Assembly: GCA_019873645.1 (NCBI GenBank)
Contig: JAIOAX010000022.1
Span: 20,599-84,598 of the forward strand
DNA: 64,000 nucleotides
DNA from: Chloroflexota bacterium
GTDB taxonomy: Bacteria; Chloroflexota; Anaerolineae; B4-G1; SLSP01
Direction: 5' to 3'
Shown here: positions 61,404-64,000 of the stretch, one piece after another
How positions within the stretch are numbered: the first letter of the stretch is position 1
Layout: each line of letters opens with the position of its first letter
Translations under genes and position numbers: made by a program
The notes under the pieces: model-generated
Databases searched by the model: none
Seen by the model: only the letters and a program-made list of their open reading frames with translations
What the model was told of the DNA's origin: nothing

Positions 61404-61828
61404 TCTTCTACTCCCATTTTCGTCAAAAATTCCGCTGGCGTGATTATCCTCACCCCAAACTGCTCTATCCCTGCAAAATCCTGGCGGTTATACGTGACGA
61501 TAAATTCACATCTGGCATTGACCGCTAACTCCAATACCATATCATCTTTTGGGTCTTTAAGAAATGGCCGCCATAAGTAGAATATCTCGTGTTGCTGCGC
61601 TATCCGACATAGGTAATCCAGAATGTCGTCTATATCTTGCTCGTTGAGAGCTATCTGGCCAAGCAAACGTTTAGCTGCATCTTCATATTCCAGCACTAGC
61701 GGCACAGACAGATTGATCTCAAAGTTGGCTTGACCTACCAACATAAGCAATCTGTAAGATGCGCCTCGTCGAGAGCGTAAGGCCGAAACGATGACATTGG
61801 TATCAAGAACGACTTGAGTTTTACTCAT
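61400..61828 (-). CDS. PIN-family toxin (TIGR00305-like)
   Basis: VVLDTNVIVSAL... and DDMVLELAVNARCEFIVTYNRQDF. Confidence 0.8.
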   Translation of the reverse strand: MSKTQVVLDTNVIVSALRSRRGASYRLLMLVGQANFEINLSVPLVLEYEDAAKRLLGQIALNEQDIDDILDYLCRIAQQHEIFYLWRPFLKDPKDDMVLELAVNARCEFIVTYNRQDFAGIEQFGVRIITPAEFLTKMGVEE

Positions 61829-61881
61829 AATGGTATTATATACAATACCAATGATTCGTCAAGCCTTACTTCTAGCTGGGT

Positions 61882-61976
61882 GCATTTCAGGATGGGGGCG
61901 ATTTATCAACTACGGCTACTGGACGCTGCTCAGGCCGGTCTCCAGACCGCGCCTGCGCAGCGATTGATCCCGCAGT
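61882..61976 (+). mobile_element. MITE-like hairpin element, 3'-truncated copy
   Basis: GCATTTCAGGATGGGGGCGATTTATCAACTACGGCTACTGGACGCTGCTCAGGCCGGTCTCCAGACCGCGCCTGCGCAGCG... is nearly identical to 42621-42700. The second arm is missing. Confidence 0.7.
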
Positions 61977-64000
61977 GTAAAAATGCGGTTTCCTGGGCGA
62001 TGGCGTTTTCCAGGAGTTCGAGGAGCGGACCGGTGGGCGCGGGGAGGTGGTAATCGGTGTCCGGCGGGACGGCGTGTTGCAACGCTTCGAGGAGAGCAGC
62101 CGCAAGATGGTCGGCGGCGTCGCGGTGGGGCAGGTCGAGCGCGCGTTCCCAGGCCTGGGCCAGGGCGTGGGTGCCGGGAACCGGTGCGCCGAGGACGTCG
62201 GCCAGGTGCGCGTAGACGCGCAGGGCCGCCGTGATGACAGCCTGCTCAGGGGGCGTCCGTTGCGCCGGTGAGGTGGCAGGCAGGGGCAACGCCGCGGCAG
62301 GGACGTCCACAGCGGGGATGATGCCCTGGCGCGCCAGACGGCGGAGCAAGGCGTCAAGCTGCGCGGCATCCACCCGCACAGCGCGTGGGGAGAAGGTCTC
62401 GCGCGTCAGTTCGCGGAGGCCGCGCTGGCGCATCAAGGTCTGGAGGAGCGCGGGATCACGGGTTTCGAGGATGACGACTTGCCGCACCTGCACCTGATTC
62501 AACGCGGCCGCCCAGCGGTACAACGTCGCCACAACCTGCGCCGGGAGAGGACCGGCAGCGGCTTCGAGGAGCGCGAGCAGGCCGGCCAGGGTTTCGCCTT
62601 GCTGCCACGCGGCCAGCACATTCGCGGCGGTGAGTTCGTAAGTATCCGGGGTGAGAGGGTGCGGCGGGGCATAGCGTTCGAGGCGCAGGCGCAGCGCCAA
62701 CGTCAAGCCGGGGGCGCCTGCCGGCGGCTGGGCGACGACGCGCAGCCACAGGCGCGGTTCAGCGTCTTCTGCCGCCGATTCCGCGCGGACAATCAGGCCG
62801 GGCAACGGACCCTCGGCAGACCGCGGGACGTCCACCTGTCCCCACAATGCAGCGCCAGCAGGCGTGAGGAGCACGCCGGCTTCCGTCAACTGCACCATGC
62901 CAAACCATGCCAGCGGGCCGGTTAGCAGCGTTTCCAACGCGGCTAACTGCGTGCCACGATATTCGGCCTGCGCGTCCGGGTCGAGGGCGGCCCAACTTTG
63001 ATAGGCAGCCACGGGACGGAATAGCTCCGGCGCGCGTTCTTGCAGCGTCTCCCATAAGCGCGACAGGGTTACGGGCGCGCCGGTGAGCGTCGTCTGGAGC
63101 GCGGCGCACACCTGCGCAAAGCGCGCGGGGGGATCATCTTCGGCAGCCAACGGCAGGCGATACCGCTTCCACAATGCGGCGTTTTCGGCATCCGGCGCGC
63201 GCCACGCTTTCCAGAGGGTTTGCCAGCGCGTGAATTCAGGCATATCCAGCCATGCGAGCGCGGCAGGGGTAGGTTTGAGCCGGTCGCCGATCACCCCCAC
63301 CAGCCCGGCGCGTTCCGCCAGATAGTGCAGGAAAGCCAGGTAGGGCCAATGGTGCTCGCTGCGCGCGGGGACAGCGGGCGCAGCAGTCTTGATCCACACC
63401 GCCAGGGCACGCAACGCCGAGAACGGCAACCAACGCCCGTGCAGAGGCCGCACATCAACGCGATGGAGAAAACTCAGCCAGGTAAAGAGGTCAGCCAGGA
63501 GCGGGAGTGAGGGAGAGAGAGGAAGAGAGGGGGAAAGAGCGGCAGGCTGAGAAGCATTGAGAAAGGCGGTGAGGGGGGCCTGATATTCCTGGGGCAGCAC
63601 GATGGCCGGTTGAGGACGGTCGAGCGTGCCCCGATCCAGAGGGAAAATAAGCGCGCGATAGAACAACGCTTCGGTGGGAGAAACTGGCGCTTCCCAGGGC
63701 GCCGCCGGGCTATCGGCGCGCCAGGGGCGATAAGGGCGCAGTTCGCCAAAGCGATAGACGAAGTCACCGCGCGCGATCTGTCCGCCGGCCTCCAAGAGTG
63801 CCCGCAGCGCAGTTTGGAGTTCAGGCGTCAACCCGGTGCAGATGGTGGCCAGGCGCGCTGGCGAGACCGCCAGTTGCGCCAACGCTTCGACAGCGGCGGC
63901 TTTGGGGCGGGACGTATCGAACGGCCAACCGTTGGCGCGCGCGAGCGCCGCGAGCACCCGACGGTTTTGCGCCGCCAGGCACGCGCGTACATTCAGCCAG
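61930..64000 (-). CDS. Large Ala/Leu/Pro-rich hypothetical protein, partial (N-terminus beyond the window); possibly helicase-associated-domain-like
   Basis: The frame stays open to base 64000. The last 14 codons and the stop are encoded by the MITE copy. No catalytic motif recognised. Confidence 0.5.
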   Translation of the reverse strand, partial: WLNVRACLAAQNRRVLAALARANGWPFDTSRPKAAAVEALAQLAVSPARLATICTGLTPELQTALRALLEAGGQIARGDFVYRFGELRPYRPWRADSPAAPWEAPVSPTEALFYRALIFPLDRGTLDRPQPAIVLPQEYQAPLTAFLNASQPAALSPSLPLSPSLPLLADLFTWLSFLHRVDVRPLHGRWLPFSALRALAVWIKTAAPAVPARSEHHWPYLAFLHYLAERAGLVGVIGDRLKPTPAALAWLDMPEFTRWQTLWKAWRAPDAENAALWKRYRLPLAAEDDPPARFAQVCAALQTTLTGAPVTLSRLWETLQERAPELFRPVAAYQSWAALDPDAQAEYRGTQLAALETLLTGPLAWFGMVQLTEAGVLLTPAGAALWGQVDVPRSAEGPLPGLIVRAESAAEDAEPRLWLRVVAQPPAGAPGLTLALRLRLERYAPPHPLTPDTYELTAANVLAAWQQGETLAGLLALLEAAAGPLPAQVVATLYRWAAALNQVQVRQVVILETRDPALLQTLMRQRGLRELTRETFSPRAVRVDAAQLDALLRRLARQGIIPAVDVPAAALPLPATSPAQRTPPEQAVITAALRVYAHLADVLGAPVPGTHALAQAWERALDLPHRDAADHLAAALLEALQHAVPPDTDYHLPAPTGPLLELLENAIAQETAFLHCGINRCAGAVWRPA

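Overview
High-GC (visibly >60%) bacterial chromosomal segment. PT-rich linkers, TadE/TadG-type genes and BNR/LysM surface proteins suggest a Chloroflexota-like organism, but that is a low-confidence inference. Coding is dense and mostly on the + strand. In order: (1) 1-9.7 kb, a Tad-pilus-accessory/surface cluster with two TadE-like genes, a BNR propeller protein and three TadG-like paralogs. (2) A GAF histidine kinase/NarL-type regulator pair. (3) A tight kamA / ATP-grasp / HDAC-family deacetylase operon, followed by rtcA and rnz. (4) A BMP-family ABC transporter. (5) Housekeeping and miscellaneous genes: hotdog thioesterase, CoxM-like FAD subunit, DUF1385, YitT, tRNA-Glu, TPR, DegV. (6) An ECF transporter (S, fused A1A2, T), a DAG-kinase-family lipid kinase and a PAP2 phosphatase. 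(7) A minus-strand block with a BNR propeller, a LysM/PT-repeat protein and a 902-aa sensor kinase. (8) cspA, three tandem M42 peptidases and rsfS. (9) 49-64 kb, an accessory-looking region holding an orphan glycyl-radical enzyme flanked by toxin-antitoxin (TA) modules, gene fragments, a CHAT-STAND-propeller locus followed by a CARF-like gene and an orphan Cas6, another PIN TA pair, and a large partial ORF. I found no rRNA, CRISPR array, transposase or integrase. Three things stand out beyond the genes. First, a ~130-150 bp MITE-like hairpin element recurs at least 6 times, once in-frame inside the glycyl-radical enzyme and once supplying the C-terminus and stop of another ORF. Second, a different MITE with 15-bp terminal inverted repeats (TIRs) and 11-bp flanking direct repeats sits on the cspA promoter. 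Third, families of degenerate tandem 'word' repeats sit immediately 5' of Shine-Dalgarno (SD) sites of unrelated genes. The best candidate for a new system is the CHAT-STAND-propeller + CARF-like + Cas6 locus at 55.1-61.1 kb. Many long antisense ORFs in the track are GC-driven shadows and were not called. All family assignments rest on motif recognition by eye; no searches were run.
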